IMG/VR virus record: IMGVR_UViG_3300047510_001118
Span: 186,001-250,000 of that record
Reading direction: 5' to 3' (one strand)
Length of the DNA stretch: 64,000 bases
The position numbers and the translations under genes were made by a program. This document shows, piece after piece, positions 48,101-56,800 of the stretch. Within the stretch, counting starts at the first letter, position 1. Every line of letters begins with the position of its first letter. Under the pieces are notes generated by a model. It was not told where the DNA came from. It made no database searches and saw nothing but the letters and a program-made list of their open reading frames with translations.

Positions 48101-51100
48101 AAGTAGTTTATTTTCTGTAAATGATTTTATCGGAATTAACAATACAAATTCATCTGTTGAAGGAATAAAACAAGTTTTAGCAGTCGGCCCAGGATATATT
48201 GAAATTGAACTTCCTCAAGATCTTGATACTGAAGCCATTGCGGCACTTAATAACAATCTACAAGTAAACTTATTTGCTTTTACGTCGCAGAGATTAGCAA
48301 CTACAAGTTCTAAAATTTCAACAATAGACGACTTAAATGATTTACCTGTTCCTAGAAAAAAGAACGGAGAACTTGTTTGGATTGACGGTGCTAATAATGA
48401 CTGGAGTGTGTGGAAGTTTGACAAGTCATATTCTCGATCAGTGATATCTAACACTGCTGATTATTTTGGTAGAACATTAGCAGTAAGCGAAGACGATTCT
48501 ATTTTTGCTGTTAGCAGTCTAACAACTCTAGTTGATAGCAATGGGGATCCTAGAGTAGACGATAACGGAGATATATTAAAGTCTGATGTCTTATCTTTTT
48601 ATACAAGATCTACTGAAAAGTTTTCATGGCTCCTAAAGGGAGAAATATCAAAATTAACAACAATTATTCAGAACGAAAGTTTTCAAAATACAAACTATAG
48701 TTTTGGAGAATCGTTAGCCCTTAGCGCCGCCGGCGACTATCTATTAGTTGGAGCACCAGCATACGGAATAGTTGAGATTCCTCAACCACCGTTGCCACCG
48801 ATTGAAATAGTTAAAAATTGGGGTTATGTTGCCAAGTATAATAAAAACAGATTTAATAATTTTGAATTTGACAGAGTTATTTTAAGTCCAGTACAAACAG
48901 ATAATGAGTTCTTTGGTCATAAGATAGCAATATCTGGTAACGTTGCGTTTATTGCCGGTAAAGGCAGTGACACGGCGCCTGCGTCTTTGACAGCATACAA
49001 TCTAGCATCTAATACAACGACCGTAAGAATTACTTTCTCTAATGTAGAAATTATTGATTTAACAACAGGTTCTGATAATACTGTGGTAATTTCTAAATCA
49101 GACTCAACTGTAGCAGTATACAAACTAGTAGGAAATTCTTTAACATTAATACAAAATATATCATCAAGTGTTGTTCCAGGTACGCTAATTGACGACAAGT
49201 TTGGCCAATCTGTATCAATTTCTAAAGATAATTCTATGATTGCTGTGGGAATTCCATACTACAGTGAAGTGAATTCTAATCAGGGCACAGTGGCAATTTT
49301 AATTAAATCTGGTTCAACTTATCAGTACAGTTATCGTGTCAACAGCCCATTAAAACAAGAATCGGAAAGATTTGGTTACAGAGTTAGATTTAATCCTACT
49401 GGAAATAGATTGGTAGTTTACAGTTACGGTGGCGACCAAACCATTGACACAACGATTGATCAAGGTACAACTACGTTTGACCTAGACGCAATGAAATTTG
49501 TAGAGCGCAGTGAAAATGTTGGAAGTGTGCGTGTCTATGAAAAATACGGAAACAAGTTTATATTCGATGACGAACTTGAGCCTCAAGAAGTCATAGGAAT
49601 TAATTACGGCGACAATTTAGTAGTGGGTAGAAACAACATATATGTCAATGACTACACAGCCGTAGAAGGACGTTTCTATGAATTTGTAGGACGATCAACT
49701 TCGTGGACAAAATATAGAAGTCCAGATCCTATTGTTGACCTAACAAAGATAAAATCTATCTTCTTATACGATACTGTTAAAAATAATATTATTCAAAATT
49801 TAGATTTCATCGATCCAATCAACGGAAAAGTTTTAGGTGTTGCTGAACAAGAACTAAGTTTTAAAACTTATTACGATCCGGCTGTATATTCAACAGGTAC
49901 TGATGCTGTAGTTGTCGATAGTTTAATGCCATGGAAACAACAGCAAGTTGGAAAGTTATGGTGGGATTTAAGTACAATTAAATTTGTTAATCCTAATCAA
50001 GGTAGTGTTGTCTATAAAGCAAATACATGGAATAATGTATTTGCTGAAGCAGAGGTTGATATCTACGAATGGGTTGAGTCAGAATATTCACCAGAAGAGT
50101 GGGATAGTCTAGCAGACACTGAAGCCGGCCTTACACTAGGAATCAGCGGAGTATCAAAATATGGTGCTCAGGTATACAGCGTTAGTCAAACTTATGACAA
50201 CGTAAGCAAAACATTTAAAAACATTTATTATTTCTGGGTTAAAAATAAATCAATAGTTCCTGATGTAACCTTCCGTAAAGTTTCAGCCAGAGAAGTCTCA
50301 GAATTAATTTCTAATCCTAAATCTAAAGGCATTAGATATGTTACTTTATTAGGAAATAATCAATTAGCGTTAGTTAACTGTAAAGAATTAATCACTGACA
50401 AAGATGTTGCTTTAAATATTCGCTATTGGATTATTGACAAAACAGATCAAAATATACACAGTCATTATCAATTATTAGCCGAAGGCAACGTTGACAAAAA
50501 ACTTAACAAGTATGTTGAACAAAAATGGTTTGATAGTTTAATTGGATATGATAACCAGGGTAGAGAAATTCCTGATCCAAGTTTGCCACCGAAGTTAAAA
50601 TATGGTATTTTAAGCAAACCTAGACAGTCAATGTTTGTTAATAGATTAGAGGCATTAAAACAGGTTATCGAAAGAGTTAATTCTGTATTAGTAAACAATT
50701 TATTAATTGATGATTTTGATTTTGATATTTTAAATTCTAAAGAAGAACCTCCGTCAGAATTTTCAAGAGAATATGACATAGCAATTGACACTCAAAGTCA
50801 AATTAGATTTGTTGGATCTACCGGCTTTGACCAAGCCACTGCTAGTTTAGTAATCAAAGAAGGCAAAATTGAACGAGTAATAGTAACTAGTGCGGGTAGA
50901 GGATACAAGATTCCTCCTTCTGTAAAAGTTATTTCTAATACCGGCTCAGGAGCAAGATTATCAACAGTTATCAACTCTTCAGGAGAGGTTACTGCTATTA
51001 ATATTGACAATGCTGGTAGAAATTATCAAACATCGACCTTTGTAGAAATTAGACCGTTTACTGTATTAGTTACTACTGACGAAACTGCGGCTAGTAAGTG

Positions 51101-54100
51101 GTCACTGTACACCTGGAACTCAGCAATCGCTAACTGGACCAGAAGTCGTACACAAATTTATGATGTAACAAAACATTGGAACTATATTGACTGGTATGCC
51201 ACCGGATTCTCATCTTATACTAAAATAAATCATCAAATCGATTTAGCATACGAAATGAGCTTTATTGATATTGCCATTGGCGATATAGTTAAGATTAACA
51301 ATGAAAAAACAGGTGGCTGGATATTATTACAAAAAATTAATAATCTTGATACCGATAACGTATCCTTAAATTATAAAACAGTAGGCCGTCAAAACGGAAC
51401 TATACAATTTAACTCAAATCTTTATAAGTTTAAGAACAGTAACATAGGTTACGATAGTACAAGTTATGACAGAGATGTCTATGACGACGAGCCTAAAGAA
51501 GAATTAAGATTTATTTTAAGTTGTATAAAAAATAATTTACTAATTGATAATTTAGAAATTGAATATAACAAATTATTCTTTTCAAGTTTGAGATACGTGT
51601 TTACTGAACAAGGTTTTGTTGATTGGGCATTTAAGACTAGTTTTATCAAAGCCAAACATAATTTGGGAGAGCTTAAACAGAAGGTTACTTTTAAGAGCGA
51701 CAATCTAGAAAGTTATGAAGATTATATTAATGAAGTTAAACCATACAGAACTAAGATTAGAGAATTTATCAGTAATTATACAGCCTATGATCAAACTAAT
51801 TCTGCTGTAACTGATTTTGATTTACCTCCAAGGTATGTAACAGCCGAAGGTCAAATTTTACCTTTTACTGTTAAAGTTAAAAATTCTCAGATTGAATATA
51901 TAGAATCAGACATTCTAAAAGAGCCGTATCAAGATTGGTTGTCTTCTGTTGGTTACCAAGTAGTTGAGATTAGAGTAATTGACGGCGGCACAGGATATCA
52001 AGGGCCTCCTCAAGTAGAAATAGTCGGTGACGCCGAAACAACAGCAACAGCAAAAGCCTATGTTTCTCAGGGAGCAGTTTCTAAAGTAATAGTTGAAACG
52101 CCAGGTCAAGGATATGTAACTATCCCAACAATACGTTTTAATGGATCAGTTGGTGCTACAGGTAGACCTGCTAAGGCCATTGTAGTATTAGGAAACTCTT
52201 TAGTAAGAACAAATAATCTTGGAATTAAATTTGATAGAATTTCACCTGAGTTTACAGTATCGTCTATTACAGTAACGCAGGCATTTGACGGTACAGGATC
52301 AAGAACTAGATTTGAATTACGCTGGCCAGTTGATTTATCTGTTGAAAAAACCACAGTGTTCATAGATACTGAAGAACTACTATCTAATGACTTTGAAGTT
52401 TCAAACGAACTAGATACTACCTCAAAGTATACTAGATATAAAGGAATTTTAACCTTAACCAAAGCCGCGCCTATAACAACTACAGTTACTATCAATTATG
52501 CCAAAGACATAAGATTATTAGACGCCGCTGATAGAATTCAATATTATTATGAACCTGGAATTGGCCAATTAGGAAAAGATCTTGGTCAATTAATGGAAGG
52601 TGTTGATTATGGCGGTGTTGAAGTTACCGGGTTAGACTTTGACCTTGGTGCTGGCTGGGATGGCTTGCCTTGGTTTACATCTGGATGGGACGACTTTGAT
52701 GTAAACTATACTGATCATTTAGTGGTAACTGACGGTGTACAAAGAACATTCGAATTACCATACACACCCGCAGACGGTGAAGCACTTAACATTTATCTAA
52801 ACAGTGTTAGAATCGACGATCCAAATTACGATGTATATACTCTAGCAGAAGACAATTACAATAGTTTAGTTGCTGAACTTGTGATACTTCAACAAGAAGA
52901 AGAAGTATTACAGCAGGCATATGACCAAGCAGTAATTGATTATGATAATATTATAGCCGAACAAGTTGCTCGTCAGGAACAGTATGATAACCTTACAGCA
53001 GATTATGCTCCTGATTCAGGTGCTGAACCCGATCCCGATCGTCCTTGGGCAGTGCCTGGCGGTACAGATCCAATTAATATACCGCTTGAAAATCTATTAA
53101 CAGAGATTCTCGCAGACATTGCGGATCTACAGGCCCAGGCAATCGCTGCAGCAACTGTTAGAAATAATGCTCTAGATGATTTAACTGACAAACAACAAGA
53201 AGTAGCAGATAAAGAAGATGAAGTAAGCGATGCTCTTGACACACTTAATGCCGCTCCGGAAATTACAAATCCAACAGCGTCAATGAATACATTCTACGGT
53301 GACGGCATAACCAATGAAGTGGTTATTCCAAATAATGTTGTTATCGCTGATAAAGATCAGTTTATCTTCCGTAAGATTACCAGTGACGGTAGTTTTAAAC
53401 CAAACGAAAAGTTTTACGATTCTGAAATTATTGGCGGACTTCCAAATTCAACAACAGGCGGCATGAGTTACGAAACTGCCAAAGGAATCCTAGCAGAAGA
53501 AATTATTATCGATGGCGATAATTTTGTAACTACGACATCAAGTCATGCTCCAGAAGAAGTAGTTACTGGGCAGGTGCTAGATTCTGTTTCAATAACAGTC
53601 TATGACACAGTTAGCGACGGTTCTCCGGTGATTTTAAATAGACATTATATTGCCGATGGTGTTCAAACTGAATTTGCTATTGGACAAAAACCAAATACGA
53701 CTCAAGCCGCATTGGTTAAAATAAATGGTTTTGTTAAAAAACAAGATGTTGATTATACTTTTGATTATATAAATCAAAAAATTATTTTTGATACAGCGCC
53801 TCAAAAACTTGATGAAGTTGTTATTACATCAATGAGTAGAAACGGTCTAAATGTATTAGATGCTGATTCTTTTGTTGGCGACGGTATTACTAAAGAATTT
53901 ATTACAGTTGCTCGTTGGGAGGAAGACAAGTATTCTGTATTAGTGACAATTAACGGCGAAGCAGAAACAGTAACAACATTTATTACAGATTCGTCTTACA
54001 GTGAAGTTGGTAATATAGGAATTATTTTTGATACAGCACCAGTAGCCGGAGCAATCATTGATTACACTGTATTAAGTTCAACAGTTAATACTATCAGTTA

Positions 54101-56123
54101 TATGAAAACTGAAACAGTAATACATGACGGAACGGCTGATTCTTATGTATTAACTCAAATACCTTCTAACTTGAAACCTTTTGAGAATAATGTAATAGTT
54201 GAAGTTGCCGGCGAAGTTCTTCGTCCATCAGACGCAGTGTACTTTGACGTTCAGGGAACTAATAGAACCTACATAGTTGATGTAGGAGATTATGCTTTAA
54301 ATTCTATCGATACTTCACAAGTTGAAGTTTATAGAAATGGAGTAAAACTTTCAGTGTCAATTCAGTATACGTGGACTTCAACTAAAAATGAATTAAAGAT
54401 TAAACGTGGTATTGCTAATCCGGGTGATAAGATTGTATTAGTAATAGTTGATCAAGGTCAATACTATATCGAACCCGACGGCACCGATTTAAAACTAAGA
54501 CTAGTTGGCACTTATACAGCAGGTGATAAAATTTCTGTAACAACTTTTTCAAATCATGATATTCTTGAAATTGAAAGAAATAATACTTACATTAGATCTG
54601 CCTCAGAACTAATAAGAGGAACACCAGAATATTACACAATTAACGAGGTTATCAATGGAAGATTTAAATTAAGATATCCTATTAGTTCTGCTTCTTATGT
54701 GTGGGTAACATTTAATGGTAAGTTATTAACATCTGAATTAGATTATATTCTTGAAGATAATAACGAATACATCCAAATAGATAAAAATCGAAACCTATTA
54801 GAAACTGATTTAGTTGAAATTATCGTATTCAATGATGAGTATACTAAACGTCCTTTTGGTTACAGAATTTTTAAAGATATGCTTAACAGAACATTCTATA
54901 AGAGAATTGACGATACTATATCTACAAAATTAGCAACACCTTTAAATTATTTTGATACAGAAATAGAAGTAGAAGATGCCAGCGGACTCTTAGAACCAAA
55001 TAGAGATCAAAACGAAGCAGGCATCATTTATATTAATGCGGAACGTATTGAGTATCTTGAAAAAGATGGCAACACTTTAAGATATCTTCGTAGAGGTACA
55101 TTAGGTACAGGAACTCCAGCAAGTCATCCAATAGGATCATTTGTAAGAGACCAAGGTAAAAATCAAACTATTCCTTACAAAGACGAAACTGAAACTGTGG
55201 TATTAGTAGCCGATGGTTACCTAAGTGCGCTAACTGATTTTGAAAATTCTTCAACAGTAACAGTTACTGATATTAGATACGCAAGCCCAGTAAACAATAA
55301 TACTGCGTTTCCGTTAGGCGGACAAACTGTTACAGTTAAAGGTACAGGATTTAAATCTAACGTTAAGGCCTATGTTGGTAATACCGAATGTCCTACAACT
55401 TATATTAGTCCAACAGAATTAACATTCGTAAACCCACAAAAAACAGTTGGAGCATATGATCTTGTTATTACAAATCCTTCAATAATCATTGACGGCAATC
55501 TAATTCCTTCTACAAGCAGAGTAGTGCCTGGCGCAATTAAGTATCTACAGATACTTCTACCTTTTAGTCCTGCGCCAAACCCAAGTACGGAAACAGGATG
55601 GTATAAGAATACTGAAATATTAAATGTCTCAAAAATACAGATTGGTCGATATTACACTATTTCAGAATCTGGAACAACAGACTTTATTGCGATGGGTGCT
55701 GGCTCTAATAATCCGGGACATAGTTTCTTGGCTACTGCTACTGGTACAGGAACTGGAACAGTAATTAATTATTCTAGTATTCCGTATGAGTATTGGGAAG
55801 GACAAGACATTGAAATGTTCATTGGCGGTAAGAGATTACGTAAGAGTCCGTTGAGCATTTGGGACGAATCGTTAGGCCCAGACAGTCCTAGCGGTGACAA
55901 AACATTAGAAGCAGAGTTTGCAGTAAACAAAAACATAGGACCCTATGTAAGGTTAACTACACCTCCTCCTAAAGGATCTAAGATTATAGTACAGAAGAAA
56001 CTTGGACAAATGTGGACAGCACCGGGAGTACAATTATCAGATAGTCAAACCGATCAGGCTAAGTTTATTAGGGCCGGTGTTGTCTATCTACCAGGAAAAA
56101 CCCAAATAAATAATGGGAATTAA
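42177..56123 (+). CDS. Giant baseplate wedge/structural protein, 4648 aa (gp7-like position)
   Basis: Single uninterrupted ORF after gp6; FG-GAP-like propeller repeats (about 48460-49700), YI.EVKPY.TKIREF, ..GDG....F repeats, IPT/TIG domain (about 55310-55480), RG.LGT motif. Confidence 0.85.
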   Translation: MAFTKDQKEPKLPIGQDSTRSASDFLPRYFRTNTNRKILNGTLDQLISVGNVDKINAYIGRKSTKAYTPTDNYLEEISLDRQSYQLEPAILVKDKLDNVTFFKDYNDYINQLLYFNTFDIDHELTNSQEFYSWNPHIDWDKFVNYREYYWLPMGPQSIAVKGQSKDIVSTYSISLVEDSDNFAYIFTPDGLTRNPTLKLYRGQTYNFDIDCEGQPLTFSTNRSQDITFVYKDGVTKDSEYVEKGTITFKVPDNAPDIIYYVSKNNINTSGFFKIYDIEENTAIDVEKEILGKKTYLIDGITPLSSGMKINFIGNVTPEKYSTGFWYVEGVGNAIRLVDSVTLENPGGYTFSEDIDFDSEKFDTQGFDSNNNYPSNKDYITINRSSRDRNPWSRYNRWFHKSVIETSAAYNNQPIDLDQEARAKRPIVEFDRDIQLWNFGVEAKNSIDLIDLYTKDVFSTVEGSFGFKVDGVSLVEGMRVLFAADTDKTVNGRIFKVTFVTHLGQKRISLIDVDDTNPIEGESVLVLQGDFLKGKTFHYSSGVWNLSQEKTGLNQPPLFDTVDVSGNSFGDRSVYIGSTFQGTKIFSYAVGDVLDPVLGFNIDYRNIGNIGDIVFDFNLQKDQFTYQGEVELITKKLDRGYLKKNISISTFNLINGWVKAEFNSKQPVIRQYDTTTQNNLFEIDVYKNSATLDDLEVSVFVDDIKQPSTSYEVYRQNSIAYIQFNSDLDTNRSVVLETRSAAKKLKDVGYYKFPSNLESNPQNLSLDDLTLGEITNHLKTIVDNSPSFSGQMPGISNLRDIGDQTGYGSQIIQHSAPLAPIIYSFTNKNVNIIKSLRYANDEYSKFKRNFIRTATTLGYDGETRDHVDLIFKELRKNSTTSSPFYLSDMVPFGVNFIYEQEIIDDSFTDYPLTFDFNLETLSRKSVLVYLNDTLLLYGRDYIFTNDSFVRLLAPITTGDNLKVAQYENSLGCCVPPTPTKLGLYPKFEPKIFIDNTYQTPTLVIQGHDGSITVAFNDYRDNLILELEYRIYNNIKKEYDPSLFDINNFIEGHHRKTNLSTNELNLALRQEFLTWLGLTNKDYTKHDFFDRNNPYTFNYKSYSSSDGTPLIGFWRGIYKYFYDTDRPHTHPWEMLGFSNKPTWWDSVYGIAPYTKDNLILWNDLRDGIIREPGILPKQNKKYVREDLLTYIPVDAEGNLLNPLEIGLVRNYVATSAEKEFTFGDWAPVETAWRRGSQYPFALITALTLLRPAQMFAVCFDRERQYRDGTGQIVYKMPAGNLRFNTTNLVFPNTVKESENRFTSGLINYMCDYAISKSFGFLEEFKTELSSLQIKISSKLAGFTSKEKFKLILDSRSPLNQGNVFIPQENYNIILNTSSPILSISYSGVIIEKTSSGFVINGYNKSNPDFRYFKPLDTVSDPTVNVGGISETYLEWTSGKTYTKGQVVRVDQNFYRVTASHDGGPSFELKYFAKLPALPIVGGREVIIRRNFTTEVSTIHYGAELKTTQEVVDFVLGYGKWLESQGFIFDSFNPVIKTVTDWQTSAKEFAFWTTQNWSTGSVITLSPAAEEVTFGKLYAVADSIYDPFYEYTVFKQDGQTLDPNFTNTVRENNSFSIRPKDTGDGVYHITLNLIQKEHVLILDDVTVFNDVIYDQTQGYRQDRIKVVGYKISDWNGDFVIPGFVYDRAVLTEWKPWRDYALGETVKYKEFYYSARKNIPGTELFNDDEWYRLNGKPESKLIPNWDYRATQFEDFYDLDTDSFDVDQQKFAQHLIGYQKRQYLENIINDDVSQYKFYQGMIQEKGTKNSLSKLFDVLSSTDADSLEFYEEWAIRLGQYGASEGFEEVEYLLDESQFLINPQPIELVDSVPPGVNDFVYRITRDKVYLKPDTYDHKPIPTVRSKKEYIPTAGYVHLEDIKYIITSKDQIGDYNINDLKEGDYFWLGFDKTSWNVYRFTLVVSSVRSFQELSNLRINFNSASSLFSVNDFIGINNTNSSVEGIKQVLAVGPGYIEIELPQDLDTEAIAALNNNLQVNLFAFTSQRLATTSSKISTIDDLNDLPVPRKKNGELVWIDGANNDWSVWKFDKSYSRSVISNTADYFGRTLAVSEDDSIFAVSSLTTLVDSNGDPRVDDNGDILKSDVLSFYTRSTEKFSWLLKGEISKLTTIIQNESFQNTNYSFGESLALSAAGDYLLVGAPAYGIVEIPQPPLPPIEIVKNWGYVAKYNKNRFNNFEFDRVILSPVQTDNEFFGHKIAISGNVAFIAGKGSDTAPASLTAYNLASNTTTVRITFSNVEIIDLTTGSDNTVVISKSDSTVAVYKLVGNSLTLIQNISSSVVPGTLIDDKFGQSVSISKDNSMIAVGIPYYSEVNSNQGTVAILIKSGSTYQYSYRVNSPLKQESERFGYRVRFNPTGNRLVVYSYGGDQTIDTTIDQGTTTFDLDAMKFVERSENVGSVRVYEKYGNKFIFDDELEPQEVIGINYGDNLVVGRNNIYVNDYTAVEGRFYEFVGRSTSWTKYRSPDPIVDLTKIKSIFLYDTVKNNIIQNLDFIDPINGKVLGVAEQELSFKTYYDPAVYSTGTDAVVVDSLMPWKQQQVGKLWWDLSTIKFVNPNQGSVVYKANTWNNVFAEAEVDIYEWVESEYSPEEWDSLADTEAGLTLGISGVSKYGAQVYSVSQTYDNVSKTFKNIYYFWVKNKSIVPDVTFRKVSAREVSELISNPKSKGIRYVTLLGNNQLALVNCKELITDKDVALNIRYWIIDKTDQNIHSHYQLLAEGNVDKKLNKYVEQKWFDSLIGYDNQGREIPDPSLPPKLKYGILSKPRQSMFVNRLEALKQVIERVNSVLVNNLLIDDFDFDILNSKEEPPSEFSREYDIAIDTQSQIRFVGSTGFDQATASLVIKEGKIERVIVTSAGRGYKIPPSVKVISNTGSGARLSTVINSSGEVTAINIDNAGRNYQTSTFVEIRPFTVLVTTDETAASKWSLYTWNSAIANWTRSRTQIYDVTKHWNYIDWYATGFSSYTKINHQIDLAYEMSFIDIAIGDIVKINNEKTGGWILLQKINNLDTDNVSLNYKTVGRQNGTIQFNSNLYKFKNSNIGYDSTSYDRDVYDDEPKEELRFILSCIKNNLLIDNLEIEYNKLFFSSLRYVFTEQGFVDWAFKTSFIKAKHNLGELKQKVTFKSDNLESYEDYINEVKPYRTKIREFISNYTAYDQTNSAVTDFDLPPRYVTAEGQILPFTVKVKNSQIEYIESDILKEPYQDWLSSVGYQVVEIRVIDGGTGYQGPPQVEIVGDAETTATAKAYVSQGAVSKVIVETPGQGYVTIPTIRFNGSVGATGRPAKAIVVLGNSLVRTNNLGIKFDRISPEFTVSSITVTQAFDGTGSRTRFELRWPVDLSVEKTTVFIDTEELLSNDFEVSNELDTTSKYTRYKGILTLTKAAPITTTVTINYAKDIRLLDAADRIQYYYEPGIGQLGKDLGQLMEGVDYGGVEVTGLDFDLGAGWDGLPWFTSGWDDFDVNYTDHLVVTDGVQRTFELPYTPADGEALNIYLNSVRIDDPNYDVYTLAEDNYNSLVAELVILQQEEEVLQQAYDQAVIDYDNIIAEQVARQEQYDNLTADYAPDSGAEPDPDRPWAVPGGTDPINIPLENLLTEILADIADLQAQAIAAATVRNNALDDLTDKQQEVADKEDEVSDALDTLNAAPEITNPTASMNTFYGDGITNEVVIPNNVVIADKDQFIFRKITSDGSFKPNEKFYDSEIIGGLPNSTTGGMSYETAKGILAEEIIIDGDNFVTTTSSHAPEEVVTGQVLDSVSITVYDTVSDGSPVILNRHYIADGVQTEFAIGQKPNTTQAALVKINGFVKKQDVDYTFDYINQKIIFDTAPQKLDEVVITSMSRNGLNVLDADSFVGDGITKEFITVARWEEDKYSVLVTINGEAETVTTFITDSSYSEVGNIGIIFDTAPVAGAIIDYTVLSSTVNTISYMKTETVIHDGTADSYVLTQIPSNLKPFENNVIVEVAGEVLRPSDAVYFDVQGTNRTYIVDVGDYALNSIDTSQVEVYRNGVKLSVSIQYTWTSTKNELKIKRGIANPGDKIVLVIVDQGQYYIEPDGTDLKLRLVGTYTAGDKISVTTFSNHDILEIERNNTYIRSASELIRGTPEYYTINEVINGRFKLRYPISSASYVWVTFNGKLLTSELDYILEDNNEYIQIDKNRNLLETDLVEIIVFNDEYTKRPFGYRIFKDMLNRTFYKRIDDTISTKLATPLNYFDTEIEVEDASGLLEPNRDQNEAGIIYINAERIEYLEKDGNTLRYLRRGTLGTGTPASHPIGSFVRDQGKNQTIPYKDETETVVLVADGYLSALTDFENSSTVTVTDIRYASPVNNNTAFPLGGQTVTVKGTGFKSNVKAYVGNTECPTTYISPTELTFVNPQKTVGAYDLVITNPSIIIDGNLIPSTSRVVPGAIKYLQILLPFSPAPNPSTETGWYKNTEILNVSKIQIGRYYTISESGTTDFIAMGAGSNNPGHSFLATATGTGTGTVINYSSIPYEYWEGQDIEMFIGGKRLRKSPLSIWDESLGPDSPSGDKTLEAEFAVNKNIGPYVRLTTPPPKGSKIIVQKKLGQMWTAPGVQLSDSQTDQAKFIRAGVVYLPGKTQINNGN

Positions 56124-56139
56124 CTAGGTTTAAAGAAAT

Positions 56140-56168
56140 AACTGCGCAGATTAAATTAACGGTAAATA
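56140..56168 (+). promoter_or_regulatory. Late promoter with upstream box
   Basis: AACTGCGCA-N14-TAAATA. Confidence 0.75.
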
Positions 56169-56189
56169 TAGAATACAGGTGACAAAAAT

Positions 56190-56798
56190 ATGATTACAAA
56201 TGACAAATCCGGAATACTAGTACAAGGGCATATTAAAATATATGACCCAAATACTAAAGAAATCTTTATTGACAAGAAAAATGCTATTCATTATGAAAAC
56301 ATGAGTATTAGTCTAGCAGAAAGTCTTGCCAATGCCGGACAAGGATTTATTTACGAAATGGTGTTTGGCAATGGGGGTACCACAGTTGATCCAACAGGAG
56401 TTATCACATACCTTACGCCTAACAGCACAGGATCTAATGCTAGTTTATATAATGAAACTTATACAAAAGTAGTTGATGATCGTAGTACAAATAATTTAGA
56501 TCCTACAAGAAATAAAATTGAAACTCGTCATGTTACTGGAACAAACTATACTGATATTTTAGTAACTTGTTTGCTAGACTACGGCGAACCCAGCGATCAG
56601 GATGCGTTTGATAACGCTACCTATACAGACGGGCAATATGTTTTTGATGAGTTAGGACTTAGAAGTTATGATCCAACGGGCACAGGGCGTTTACTAACAC
56701 ACGTGATATTCCATCCTGTACAAAAAAGTTTAAATCGTTTAATTCAGATAGACTATACTGTTCGTGTACAGAGTTTAACCGGTTTTAATGAGGCGTAA
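56190..56798 (+). CDS. Putative baseplate/fibre-attachment structural protein, 202 aa
   Basis: ORF track; FDELGL...LLTHVIFHPVQKSLNR.IQIDYTVR.Q; between the wedge giant and the fibres. Confidence 0.7.
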   Translation: MITNDKSGILVQGHIKIYDPNTKEIFIDKKNAIHYENMSISLAESLANAGQGFIYEMVFGNGGTTVDPTGVITYLTPNSTGSNASLYNETYTKVVDDRSTNNLDPTRNKIETRHVTGTNYTDILVTCLLDYGEPSDQDAFDNATYTDGQYVFDELGLRSYDPTGTGRLLTHVIFHPVQKSLNRLIQIDYTVRVQSLTGFNEA

Positions 56799-56800
56799 TT

